IMG/VR virus record: IMGVR_UViG_3300042923_000569
Location: 124,001-188,000 of that record
Length of the DNA stretch: 64,000 nt
Reading direction: 5' to 3' (one strand)
The position numbers and the translations under genes were made by a program. Shown here piece by piece: positions 49,645 to 58,245 of this stretch (position 1 is the stretch's first letter; each line of letters begins with the position of its first letter). Under the pieces are notes generated by a model. That model saw nothing but the letters and a program-made list of their open reading frames with translations, ran no database searches and was not told where the DNA came from.

Positions 49645-49791
49645 TTAACAAATATAAGCCCAATATCCAAATGCTGCTAAACATACCAGTACTAAAAAGA
49701 TGATAAGAATAGTACAACCAGTTGCACTCATTGCCATCAGCTCAATAATAATTTCTAATGCAGCAAAAATAATTTCAGCAATAATTTCCAT
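49645..49791 (-). CDS. small membrane protein (48 aa, not in ORF track)
   Basis: MEIIAEIIFAALEIIIELMAMSATGCTILIIFLVLVCLAAFGYWAYIC. Confidence 0.6.
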   Translation of the reverse strand: MEIIAEIIFAALEIIIELMAMSATGCTILIIFLVLVCLAAFGYWAYIC

Positions 49792-49794
49792 CAG

Positions 49795-50016
49795 TTAACT
49801 CACAATAACAGTAAATGGTGCATAAGTGAATGCTAACCATAACAAGAAACCACCAATAGCAAACTGTGAAATTGGGAACAACCAACCACCGTTTCCGAAA
49901 GCTGCAACCATACGACATACGAATAGTCCAGTGATTATCATTCCTAAACCGACAATACTAAGTATTACAAATCCAATCCATGCTAAAATCATTTTAAACC
50001 TTCTTAGGGAAATCAA
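49795..50016 (-). CDS. small membrane protein
   Basis: Two TM segments; start probably ~49992. Confidence 0.65.
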   Translation of the reverse strand: MISLRRFKMILAWIGFVILSIVGLGMIITGLFVCRMVAAFGNGGWLFPISQFAIGGFLLWLAFTYAPFTVIVS

Positions 50017-50689
50017 TACGGAACTGAGTCATTAGTGAATTATGCAGTGGTTTGAACATTTCAATCATCTCTGCACAACGTTCTTCGATAGTACCAGTAG
50101 TTTCTTCGTACTTCGTTACTATTAGATTATGAATTTCATTGAGAGTTAAAATATCAATCTCTTTTTCAGTTTCGGAAACAGTTTTAATATAAAACCAGCG
50201 TGCATACAAAGGAAACTTGAAAGCGTGGAATAGATTTTTTAATCCAAGTACTTTATCGTAATCTTCAACTACTTGTAATTTCTTTTTACCTTTATCAAAG
50301 GCTTTAGATGTAATAGAACTAATACACGAACGAACTTCATGTAGTTCTTTACTTGATAATGCAAAATCAATATCTTTTTGCATTCCTGGGTTAGCCAGAC
50401 ATATAAAGTACTTAGGCTGAAGACTATTAAGTTCAGCTTCAAACGACTTACGTTGCATGAACTCTACATTAATAGTTAGTCCAGTAAATCCTAAAAAGAA
50501 GGACTTGTGACGCGGTTCAGGAGGTTCTTCATCTACGACAATGGTAACGTCAATATCATTAGGAACAACGTCAAAACCATGCATACGTTCGACATATGAG
50601 CCATATATGATGATATTATGGAAGCCTAATTCGTTGAAGTAATCAAAGATATGGTCAATAACAAACTGCTCTGATGGGTTAATCTTCAT
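49994..50689 (-). CDS. pol-beta superfamily nucleotidyltransferase
   Basis: IYGSYV...NDIDV; C-terminal KGKKK...LKNLFHAF helical domain. Confidence 0.7.
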   Translation of the reverse strand: MKINPSEQFVIDHIFDYFNELGFHNIIIYGSYVERMHGFDVVPNDIDVTIVVDEEPPEPRHKSFFLGFTGLTINVEFMQRKSFEAELNSLQPKYFICLANPGMQKDIDFALSSKELHEVRSCISSITSKAFDKGKKKLQVVEDYDKVLGLKNLFHAFKFPLYARWFYIKTVSETEKEIDILTLNEIHNLIVTKYEETTGTIEERCAEMIEMFKPLHNSLMTQFRIDFPKKV

Positions 50690-50701
50690 TTTATTTTTCC
50701 A

Positions 50702-50725
50702 ATAAAAAAGGCCGCAGAAGCGGCC
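50702..50725 (-). terminator. intrinsic terminator
   Basis: GGCCGC-UUCU-GCGGCC plus U6. Confidence 0.85.
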
Positions 50726-50837
50726 TAGTAAAGAGTAAACAACATGGAGTCAAATATTGTTATTATTATGACTTATTTATGCTGTTTAGAATCTACTGAG
50801 CCGGAAATGGAGAGCCATTTAGCTAGTTAATACTCGT

Positions 50838-50866
50838 ATTATACCATAAATTAATTTTGTGTTTCA
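50838..50866 (-). promoter_or_regulatory. early-type promoter TGAAAC-N17-TATAAT
   Basis: tTGAAACacaaaattaatttaTGgTATAAT. Confidence 0.75.
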
Positions 50867-51048
50867 AGTATTTTATTCAAATTATCACACAAAGTATTCA
50901 TTTCTTTTTGCAATCCATAATGGATACGCTTGTAGTACGTAATAAAGAACCACTGCTTTACTTCATATAGTGTATAGAAAACAAATTCCCCATCACCAAG
51001 CTGAAGATCGCATTCTGTTTCGTATCTTATAGTTTTTGAATTAAACAT
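50851..51048 (-). CDS. hypothetical protein
   Basis: 65-aa ORF. Confidence 0.5.
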   Translation of the reverse strand: MFNSKTIRYETECDLQLGDGEFVFYTLYEVKQWFFITYYKRIHYGLQKEMNTLCDNLNKILETQN

Positions 51049-51467
51049 TATTTTTTACTAACTTTACAAATTCGGTCAACCTTATCACCATCGAATGGAA
51101 CTACATCAATTGAAATAATTTCAAGACCCGTAACAGTTTCGTCTGGTAGTAAGGTAACAGTACCTTTAAGGCTGAACATTAGCTTAATATCACTCGCTAA
51201 TTCTTTTACCTTTTTACCGTTGATGGTATCAATAACATTAACTTCAGCATAAACAGTTTCATCTTGAACATAAAGACTAGTCACTACACCACCGATATTA
51301 TCAAGATTAACTTGAATAGTACGTTCAAGTGGTAGAAACTCTGATAGTTTTGTTGGTTTCTTATTGAATTTTTCGATAGCTGCTAGAGTAGATTCTCTGT
51401 CATATATTCTACCGTTTGCATTTGGTTTATCAAGGTAAAGTACTTTACCAGTTATCATAGTATCCAT
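51048..51467 (-). CDS. prohead-protease (gp21)-like protein, probably catalytically inactive
   Basis: PNANGRIY...VNLDNIGGVVTSL...TINGKKVKEL...FSLKG; the conserved ELGHP His is replaced (EFLPL). Confidence 0.6.
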   Translation of the reverse strand: MDTMITGKVLYLDKPNANGRIYDRESTLAAIEKFNKKPTKLSEFLPLERTIQVNLDNIGGVVTSLYVQDETVYAEVNVIDTINGKKVKELASDIKLMFSLKGTVTLLPDETVTGLEIISIDVVPFDGDKVDRICKVSKK

Positions 51468-51468
51468 G

Positions 51469-51711
51469 TTATTCCTTATATTTTGAACACAGTTGTCTTA
51501 ACTTCCTATTCAATTCTTCCGATGTACTGGCTGTAATTGAACCTATCTTTTTTGATTCAGATATTGTTCCCATTCGCACATCGAATTTATTATTATCAAA
51601 TGAATCAACAAACACGTACTTATTACTTGTGGTTGATTTAAATGAAGCAGAGTTATGTTCAATGCACATATCAAATTTAAACATTATTTTCTCAATTAAA
51701 AAGGGGAACAT
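51469..51711 (-). CDS. hypothetical protein
   Basis: 80-aa ORF. Confidence 0.55.
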   Translation of the reverse strand: MFPFLIEKIMFKFDMCIEHNSASFKSTTSNKYVFVDSFDNNKFDVRMGTISESKKIGSITASTSEELNRKLRQLCSKYKE

Positions 51712-51727
51712 AAAGTTCCCCTAACTG

Positions 51728-53155
51728 TTATAGATTTTCTTCTGCGAATGCAGCTAGAGGTGAACGTACTACACCTTCTAATTCAATGATACGACAACCT
51801 TCCCAATCTTTGAACTTTTCAGTTACATAAGTCAAACCACTATTAGTAGGACTGATGAACTTATTATCAATCTGAGATAAGTTACCCATGATGATCACTT
51901 TACAGTTTTCACCAGCACGAGTTAAAATAGTCTTTGCTTGAGCTGGCGTAATGTTCTGGAATTCATCAACAATCAAAATTGTATTAATGAAACTACGACC
52001 ACGAACAAAGTTCAATGCTTTAAACTGGAAGACATTACGTTTCATAATTTCTTCAATTGAACCTTGTGGATTTGCATCATCTTTATGCAAGTACTCTAAT
52101 GCATCAACTGCTGCACCACAGAATGGCATAACTTTTTCCATCTCTGAACCAGGTAAGAAACCAATTTCTTCAAATTGTGAATCCTGAGTTTTGGAGAAGA
52201 TAATGCGGTCATATTTCTTCTTCTCTAGAATTAACTCTAAAGAAGTTGCGATAGCGATTAATGTTTTACCTGTACCTGCTGAACCAAGAAGAATTGTAAT
52301 ATGTACATCTTTGTCCATGATACTGTTAATTGCCATTGCTTGCTGAATGTTCTTGGCTTTAATACCCCAAACTTTACGCGACAATGCTTTAGTCTGACCA
52401 ATGTCGTTTAAACAAACCATATCTCGGTCATCGTCATGTTCTAGTACTGAAGCATAACCTTCAAATACAAACAGACCATCAGCTTCATCATATAGATAAT
52501 CGCCAATACAAATATTATCTGGAAGAAGATGTTTGATATTTTCTTCTGGAATCATTTGTAGTAGCTTGTGACTATCCTGATTAGCATAGACTGTGCCACC
52601 GATTTGATCCCATAGTTTACCAGTAATTTCATGGTGTCCAGTATGGATTAGATCCGAATCTTCGATTGTTACATCATGACGATAATCCTGAACTTCTACA
52701 CCATATGCTAGTGCCTTGATACGCATGTTAATATCACGTGTTACAAGTACAGCTTGGGATAGTCGAGCAACTAGAATAATCTTGTCATCAGGTACAGTAC
52801 TTTTTACTAGAGTATCAAGCTTGTCATCATAGTTTTCACTTAGATGTGCAATTGCTTGAAGTTCCTCAACAGTTAGTACAAATAACTTTGTTTCGGGATT
52901 AATGTGAGGGTGAGTTTTGAAAATTTCAACACCAGTAGTTGAAATTTCTTCATGTGTTGCGTTTTCAAGAATAGTACTAATATTGCGGATTGCAACACGA
53001 GCATCACGTGAAATATCAACTTTACGACTCTTAATGGAATCTAATTCTTCAAGTACAGTGAACGGAAGAATTACATGTGCTCCATCAAATGCTAGGATTG
53101 CATGTGGATCACCAAGAATCACGTTTGTGTCAAGAACATATTTTTTCATAAACAT
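51728..53155 (-). CDS. phoH: PIN-PhoH (PhoH2-type) ATPase/RNase
   Basis: N-terminal PIN YVLDTNV; GSAGTGKT; RGRS; IVDEFQN. Confidence 0.93.
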   Translation of the reverse strand: MFMKKYVLDTNVILGDPHAILAFDGAHVILPFTVLEELDSIKSRKVDISRDARVAIRNISTILENATHEEISTTGVEIFKTHPHINPETKLFVLTVEELQAIAHLSENYDDKLDTLVKSTVPDDKIILVARLSQAVLVTRDINMRIKALAYGVEVQDYRHDVTIEDSDLIHTGHHEITGKLWDQIGGTVYANQDSHKLLQMIPEENIKHLLPDNICIGDYLYDEADGLFVFEGYASVLEHDDDRDMVCLNDIGQTKALSRKVWGIKAKNIQQAMAINSIMDKDVHITILLGSAGTGKTLIAIATSLELILEKKKYDRIIFSKTQDSQFEEIGFLPGSEMEKVMPFCGAAVDALEYLHKDDANPQGSIEEIMKRNVFQFKALNFVRGRSFINTILIVDEFQNITPAQAKTILTRAGENCKVIIMGNLSQIDNKFISPTNSGLTYVTEKFKDWEGCRIIELEGVVRSPLAAFAEENL

Positions 53156-53220
53156 CCTTTTTTTTGTTGAGTGTTAAAACACTTTGTTTTCCTAACAGTA
53201 TTTAATGTTCCTTTAAACTG

Positions 53221-53520
53221 TTAGTTTGAGCTGGGTTCGTAATTAACGTAGCAGCGATTACCTTTCGCTTCTTCGTACCAGCATTCTTGATAAACCAATT
53301 GGCCTATGCTAACTGGTTTATCGGTAGTACCATACTTCAGTTCATTGTTTTTGTCAGTGTATTGGTATGAACATTCACTCCCTTTACACTGACCCGTTGC
53401 AACAACCCGACCAACGTTATACGTCACATTGGTATGTTTACCACTTGGTATTTGCATTAACCCATACATGAATGATGTAAATACTACCGCATAGATTACA
53501 GACCAAATGAGACGTTTCAT
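53221..53520 (-). CDS. membrane-anchored hypothetical protein
   Basis: N-terminal TM helix; Cys-containing beta domain. Confidence 0.65.
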   Translation of the reverse strand: MKRLIWSVIYAVVFTSFMYGLMQIPSGKHTNVTYNVGRVVATGQCKGSECSYQYTDKNNELKYGTTDKPVSIGQLVYQECWYEEAKGNRCYVNYEPSSN

Positions 53521-53523
53521 AAC

Positions 53524-54417
53524 TTACAAACTCCGAATAAAATTAAAGGCATTATCTAAGTACGAAGAAATGTTCTTCGCACCAACAGGATTAGCACTAT
53601 GGACATTATATCCAAATACTTTTGCAATCTGTCGATCCATCATATAATCGATAAGATACTTACAGAATGTATAACCAGTTTCTTCATTTTCATTATCGGT
53701 ATCACCCAAATCATGGTCAAAAGAAACAAATTCAGGTAAACCATGTTGTTCAACGTACTTAACAGCTTCCTGATGAGTACGACAAACAACGAAACCTTCA
53801 CCTGGATAGTACTGTTCAACATCACGCAAATCATCCAAAAACATTTTGTATGACTGCTGTGTTTCACCAGTATAATCAATAAGAAGATTATTATCTTCTA
53901 CAAGTTTAATAAGTTCTTTCTTGGAGGTTCCTACGAAGTTCTGCTCCATAAGAACATTCCAGCCACATTCTACTTTACTCGCCTTAAGATAACGACAAAT
54001 ATGTAGTAAATTCACTCCAGCATTTTCAGCAGGAAAATGTTCACCGGTTACTGCGTTATTACGAATTTCCAGAAGTTCTTCATAAGATACCTCTAAAGAA
54101 AATGCATGATTGTGTACGTTAGTTGCCATGTTTTTATAGCTAACTAATGGTTTTAAACGTTCGATAGGAAGGTCATAGTTAATTTCTTCCTTAGCTTCTC
54201 GAACTACGGCAATTTCTAAACTTGGGTCATCTTTTTCTACTAAACCACCAACTGCACCTAATAAACCATCGAACCGTAATTCTGCAAGTACTAGACTTAC
54301 GTTAGGAATATCATTGTATGGATAATTTTTATATGGATTACAGTTCTTAGAAAAGATCCATACAAAGGCACAATCATAACGATTAGAGCGGGTGCCGAAA
54401 GGAATTTCCTGGTACAT
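53524..54417 (-). CDS. NUDT16-like Nudix hydrolase fused to a cyclic-phosphate-processing receiver-like domain
   Basis: LRFDGLLGAVGGLVE...SLEIAVVREAKEEI resembles NUDT16; C-terminal MFLDDLR...VSFDHDLG...VHSANPVG. Confidence 0.78.
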   Translation of the reverse strand: MYQEIPFGTRSNRYDCAFVWIFSKNCNPYKNYPYNDIPNVSLVLAELRFDGLLGAVGGLVEKDDPSLEIAVVREAKEEINYDLPIERLKPLVSYKNMATNVHNHAFSLEVSYEELLEIRNNAVTGEHFPAENAGVNLLHICRYLKASKVECGWNVLMEQNFVGTSKKELIKLVEDNNLLIDYTGETQQSYKMFLDDLRDVEQYYPGEGFVVCRTHQEAVKYVEQHGLPEFVSFDHDLGDTDNENEETGYTFCKYLIDYMMDRQIAKVFGYNVHSANPVGAKNISSYLDNAFNFIRSL

Positions 54418-54425
54418 ATATTGCC

Positions 54426-55199
54426 TTAATTATTTGTTGACATACGAGCAGTTACGTAGTCATTTAATGTTCCAAGAACATCACCAATTGGACTGTAAAG
54501 ATTGTAACTGAAATGATCGTCTTTATCATGTGGTTCTGGATTAATATTAACAGTTTGTGAAGCTGTTGCTAATCCTGCATATACTGACCACGGAATTACA
54601 CTATCAGATGAACCGATAATAATGAAAGTATCGCGTGCATTTGCACTATCAAGTACTTTATAAAGTTCGTTATAGATTGGTTTACGAACACCATTGTCAA
54701 ACCAGAATGTTTCACCAAACATTACAATATTAGGTTTAGAAACAATACCTGGGGTTGGTGTAAATTCAGTATAACCAATATCAGTCACTTCATAATCTTC
54801 AGAGTTTACTGAAAACGGACTAACTACCTCAGTTAAACGACCATGAACATGCATTGCAGATCCACCAGCACGTTCAGCTAAGTCATCAACATTAGCAGTA
54901 ATATGAATTACTCGGTCATCACCATATAGTTTCTGCATACGTTCAATGAAATAATGTCCTGGGTTTGGTTCAAAATTTTGAAGGCCAACACGCATTTTAT
55001 TATAAAAGTTATGTACTGCATCGTAGTGAGTCATGAAGTGTGCAATATTACAAACAATATCAACACTTACGTTATCCCACAATCCATCACCTGCTGCATC
55101 ACGGAAAGTAGGGATACCAGATTCTTTTGACAGACCCGCTCCAGTACAGAAAATCAGTCGTGGCGTTTCATTATTTTGCAAAAAACTATTGAGATTCAT
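54426..55199 (-). CDS. sirtuin (Sir2/CobB family) NAD+-dependent enzyme
   Basis: TGAGLSKESGIPTFRD, HITANVDDLAERAG, HVHG, PNIVMFGE, IIGSS, INP. Confidence 0.93.
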   Translation of the reverse strand: MNLNSFLQNNETPRLIFCTGAGLSKESGIPTFRDAAGDGLWDNVSVDIVCNIAHFMTHYDAVHNFYNKMRVGLQNFEPNPGHYFIERMQKLYGDDRVIHITANVDDLAERAGGSAMHVHGRLTEVVSPFSVNSEDYEVTDIGYTEFTPTPGIVSKPNIVMFGETFWFDNGVRKPIYNELYKVLDSANARDTFIIIGSSDSVIPWSVYAGLATASQTVNINPEPHDKDDHFSYNLYSPIGDVLGTLNDYVTARMSTNN

Positions 55200-55207
55200 T
55201 GTTTACC

Positions 55208-55426
55208 TTAAAGGTGTGAAAAGTAAAGTCGGCAACCACAGTTTGGACATTGTGGTTCCTTAATATAATATCCGTCAGTACCGGGTACGGAACGCGGAGC
55301 ATCTTTTATTACATAAACTTTGAAGCACTTAAAACAAGTAACTTCTTTATCGGCTTGGGGATGATCATCAACCCAATCACCACTATAAAGCCATTTCTGA
55401 TGTTCCGTTAAATCCCCATACTTCAT
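55208..55426 (-). CDS. small zinc-ribbon protein
   Basis: CFKC...CPNCG. Confidence 0.6.
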   Translation of the reverse strand: MKYGDLTEHQKWLYSGDWVDDHPQADKEVTCFKCFKVYVIKDAPRSVPGTDGYYIKEPQCPNCGCRLYFSHL

Positions 55427-55437
55427 TATAAGCTCAC

Positions 55438-55884
55438 TTAAATTGTAGTCTTATTATATTCATTACCAAAGATTAGTTCTTCTGGTAATACGCCAAGTTT
55501 ATAAATTAGTTCAATTAAATCTTCGTCAGTATCTTTTGGTTGGTACACAATACTCATATGGCATTTGTAACCGGGAAATTTATGTGTAAATCCAGCATTA
55601 AGTAATTCTTTATGACGCTGTTCAATTTCAGGTGAATCAAGAAGTAGTACTATTGCTTCCCATTCCCCACCGGGTTTTCCCAACCTTTCAATTCCAGTAA
55701 TCTTCGCTTTATATGTACTATCATTTTGAAGTAAATTTATTTGAGGATTGCTTTCATCTTGCATTAAGGTAACATGAAATTTAGCTGCTGTCAAGCAATC
55801 AATGCCCGCTAGTTTAAATATTTTTCTGATTTCTTTAGCCTGATCAATATCAAGCTTTAGGCTTACAAATCCTTTTCCAGCCAT
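55438..55884 (-). CDS. acb1: anti-CBASS 2H phosphodiesterase (Acb1 / T4 gp57B-like)
   Basis: FHVTL...IVLLLDSPEIEQRH...GFTHKFPGYKCHMSIVY aligns by eye with T4 Acb1 IHST...LVLDSEYLRCRH...GATHDFDDYTPHITLSY. Confidence 0.82.
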   Translation of the reverse strand: MAGKGFVSLKLDIDQAKEIRKIFKLAGIDCLTAAKFHVTLMQDESNPQINLLQNDSTYKAKITGIERLGKPGGEWEAIVLLLDSPEIEQRHKELLNAGFTHKFPGYKCHMSIVYQPKDTDEDLIELIYKLGVLPEELIFGNEYNKTTI

Positions 55885-55896
55885 GAGTAATATCCT

Positions 55897-56091
55897 TTAC
55901 ATAGTTAAAATTAAATAACCTAACAATACTACAAGGATACCTGCAATAATTGCAAGTAAAACTGCACTAACTACATATAGTACTTTTTTATTTTTAGTAA
56001 ATGTAGAACGCTTAGCTTTATATTCAGAGAATGTAAGCCAAAGTATAATTACATACGTAATAACAGATACAACTAGCATTGTGGTTAACAT
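55897..56091 (-). CDS. small membrane protein
   Basis: Two TM segments. Confidence 0.65.
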   Translation of the reverse strand: MLTTMLVVSVITYVIILWLTFSEYKAKRSTFTKNKKVLYVVSAVLLAIIAGILVVLLGYLILTM

Positions 56092-56112
56092 ATTTAATAG
56101 TCTCGTCTAAGT

Positions 56113-56138
56113 TAAAAAGAAGGGGGCATAAGCCCCCT
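56113..56138 (-). terminator. intrinsic terminator after nampt
   Basis: AGGGGGC-UUAU-GCCCCCU plus U-rich tail. Confidence 0.8.
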
Positions 56139-56143
56139 AAAAA

Positions 56144-57628
56144 TTACAAACCTTTGTTTGCACGTTCACGTACTTCATCGAAGTTACTGAGATTCATAAT
56201 CTCACCATTAACGTACACATCAACCATCATATCACGTAGGAATGGGTTGACTTCTTGTAGTTCAATACGCTCTGCAATAATCTTGTGAGTATTAGTACAC
56301 TCATAAGTAGTGACACGACCACGTAAAGAACGCTTGCCTACATCAGTGATCGGATCTTTGAATAAATCTTCCCAAACACCAGTGTTTAGCTGTTGTGCTG
56401 AACCTTTCATTGCGAAGCTGTAAGTATCGCGACCTTTTTCTGGATGTACTAACTTACCACCCATACCAAATACGATGTTAGAAAGACAAATCTTTTTAGC
56501 TTCAATATTTGCAACAATCTGACGGATACTGTCTTCGTTGATACCATCACCCTGAATCACTCCAATGAATGAAGGTAATTCTTTATAACCATTTGCGTTT
56601 ACAGTAGAACCAAACTTCTCCATCAAAATCTCAGTGATTTCAATTGGCATTGTTAGTGGATCACCGCTATCTGGACGAAGAACTAACTTAGCTCCAGGGC
56701 AAAGTGCTGCGATTTCCATAATGGTAGCTTTCAAACGAGTACCAATGTATTCGCGGGTAAAACGATATGCATCATAGGTATCAATCACTACTGATACGAT
56801 TGGTGGAACACCAATTGAACCTTTAGCAATATATGCACGTACTTTCATTTCCCACAAACGAACCATCTTAACTGCCATATTAAAGTCGTCGCGTTTGTCT
56901 GCGTCTGAGTTAGAACATGTTGCACTATGCTCACTCGCAGTAACTGAACTCAAATATGCATTAGTTGTGTGGTAGTATTGTTTAATGTAACGGTTAGCAC
57001 TTAGACAATCAGAACCGTTGAACAATGCCGCATGTGCCATACCTGCAATAATTGCAGATTCGAAGCTTGAAGCTCCGCGATCACCGAAGTTATGCAAGTG
57101 ATAGTCCACAAAGCGAGAGCCAGTATGACGCTCCATTGTATCAGCTAAGAATTCTTTAATGCTACGTGCATTACTAGCAACTGTAGTTGGGAACCAAACA
57201 CCACGCTGAAGCTGAGTTTCAATGTAGCTTGCAATTACACAAACACGCGGATCAGTACTGAAAGAACGTACTAATGGACTACCAACAGGAACTAACGTAC
57301 CTTCTGGAATTGCACGAATATGTAATGGAATTTTACCTCCATGTACTTCTACAATGTGTTCCCAAAAACCGCGATCAAAATCATCGCCACGTTGTTCAGT
57401 TTCTAGCTGTGCTTCGTCAATGTCATCAGTAGTGATGCTAATATCTAAGTACTCTTGTAGATAGTACTGTAGACCCATCATCACAACATGTGTTGCGTAC
57501 TTACTTGGTTTACGTGCAATGATATTTGATTCAAGAGCTACAACACCCTCTTTCATCATAAAACCGTGACCAGTTTTGTACGAATCGACATTTAAAATAA
57601 AGTTTACATTTTTGTTAATTTTGTTCAT
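56144..57628 (-). CDS. nadV: nicotinamide phosphoribosyltransferase (Nampt/NadV)
   Basis: NVDSYK, HNFGDRG, ASEHS, VVIDTYD, LVLRPDSG, VIQGDG, VFGMGG, KDPITDVGKRS. Confidence 0.95.
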   Translation of the reverse strand: MNKINKNVNFILNVDSYKTGHGFMMKEGVVALESNIIARKPSKYATHVVMMGLQYYLQEYLDISITTDDIDEAQLETEQRGDDFDRGFWEHIVEVHGGKIPLHIRAIPEGTLVPVGSPLVRSFSTDPRVCVIASYIETQLQRGVWFPTTVASNARSIKEFLADTMERHTGSRFVDYHLHNFGDRGASSFESAIIAGMAHAALFNGSDCLSANRYIKQYYHTTNAYLSSVTASEHSATCSNSDADKRDDFNMAVKMVRLWEMKVRAYIAKGSIGVPPIVSVVIDTYDAYRFTREYIGTRLKATIMEIAALCPGAKLVLRPDSGDPLTMPIEITEILMEKFGSTVNANGYKELPSFIGVIQGDGINEDSIRQIVANIEAKKICLSNIVFGMGGKLVHPEKGRDTYSFAMKGSAQQLNTGVWEDLFKDPITDVGKRSLRGRVTTYECTNTHKIIAERIELQEVNPFLRDMMVDVYVNGEIMNLSNFDEVRERANKGL

Positions 57629-57674
57629 ACTAAGACTCCCTTAGATATTAAGTGTTGAAAGCTACATCGCTTTC
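57629..57674 (-). promoter_or_regulatory. two-hairpin leader of nampt (NAD leader, copy 1)
   Basis: GAAAGC-GAUGUA-GCUUUC, N12, CUAAG-GGAGU-CUUAG, U, AUG. Confidence 0.72.
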
Positions 57675-57686
57675 GATTATTTTGGT

Positions 57687-58202
57687 TTATACCAAATTCT
57701 GTACTAAAATTTTTGGAATTAATGCCATTAGATTGTGTGGTTCAAACATATACTCACCAAATCTTACGTAAGAATACATTGCATATGGATTAATCTTTTC
57801 AATTGCGATTTCATCAATAGAAAAAGCATATGTATCACCAAACTCATCATAAGTAGTGAATAACATTTCATCATCGACAAAAATTATATCGCTTCGTCGA
57901 GGTTTTGCGATGTATACAAAAGCACTATCTGAAAATGCAAAGTAAACCTGCATAAATTTATGTTCTTTACTTACTTCAAGTGAGTTGTAAACACCATATG
58001 TTCTAATAGCAAATATTTTATTATCTTCATTATCTGCCGGTTGATTAACTATCATCTGCAACAGATATGAAATTGGTTCTATGTGTGTAATACCAGTTGG
58101 TAGTTTATATTCAGACAAAGATAACTTTTGTAAAAAAGTTTGCTGATTATCTGAAATGTACTTCATTTCATGATAAAAACTATCTGGCTGGCAGTACAAC
58201 AT
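57687..58202 (-). CDS. hypothetical protein between the two NAD salvage genes
   Basis: 171-aa ORF. Confidence 0.6.
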   Translation of the reverse strand: MLYCQPDSFYHEMKYISDNQQTFLQKLSLSEYKLPTGITHIEPISYLLQMIVNQPADNEDNKIFAIRTYGVYNSLEVSKEHKFMQVYFAFSDSAFVYIAKPRRSDIIFVDDEMLFTTYDEFGDTYAFSIDEIAIEKINPYAMYSYVRFGEYMFEPHNLMALIPKILVQNLV

Positions 58203-58245
58203 AAAAACCTCTTAATTAAAAGGAGTACCGAAGTACTCCGATAAC

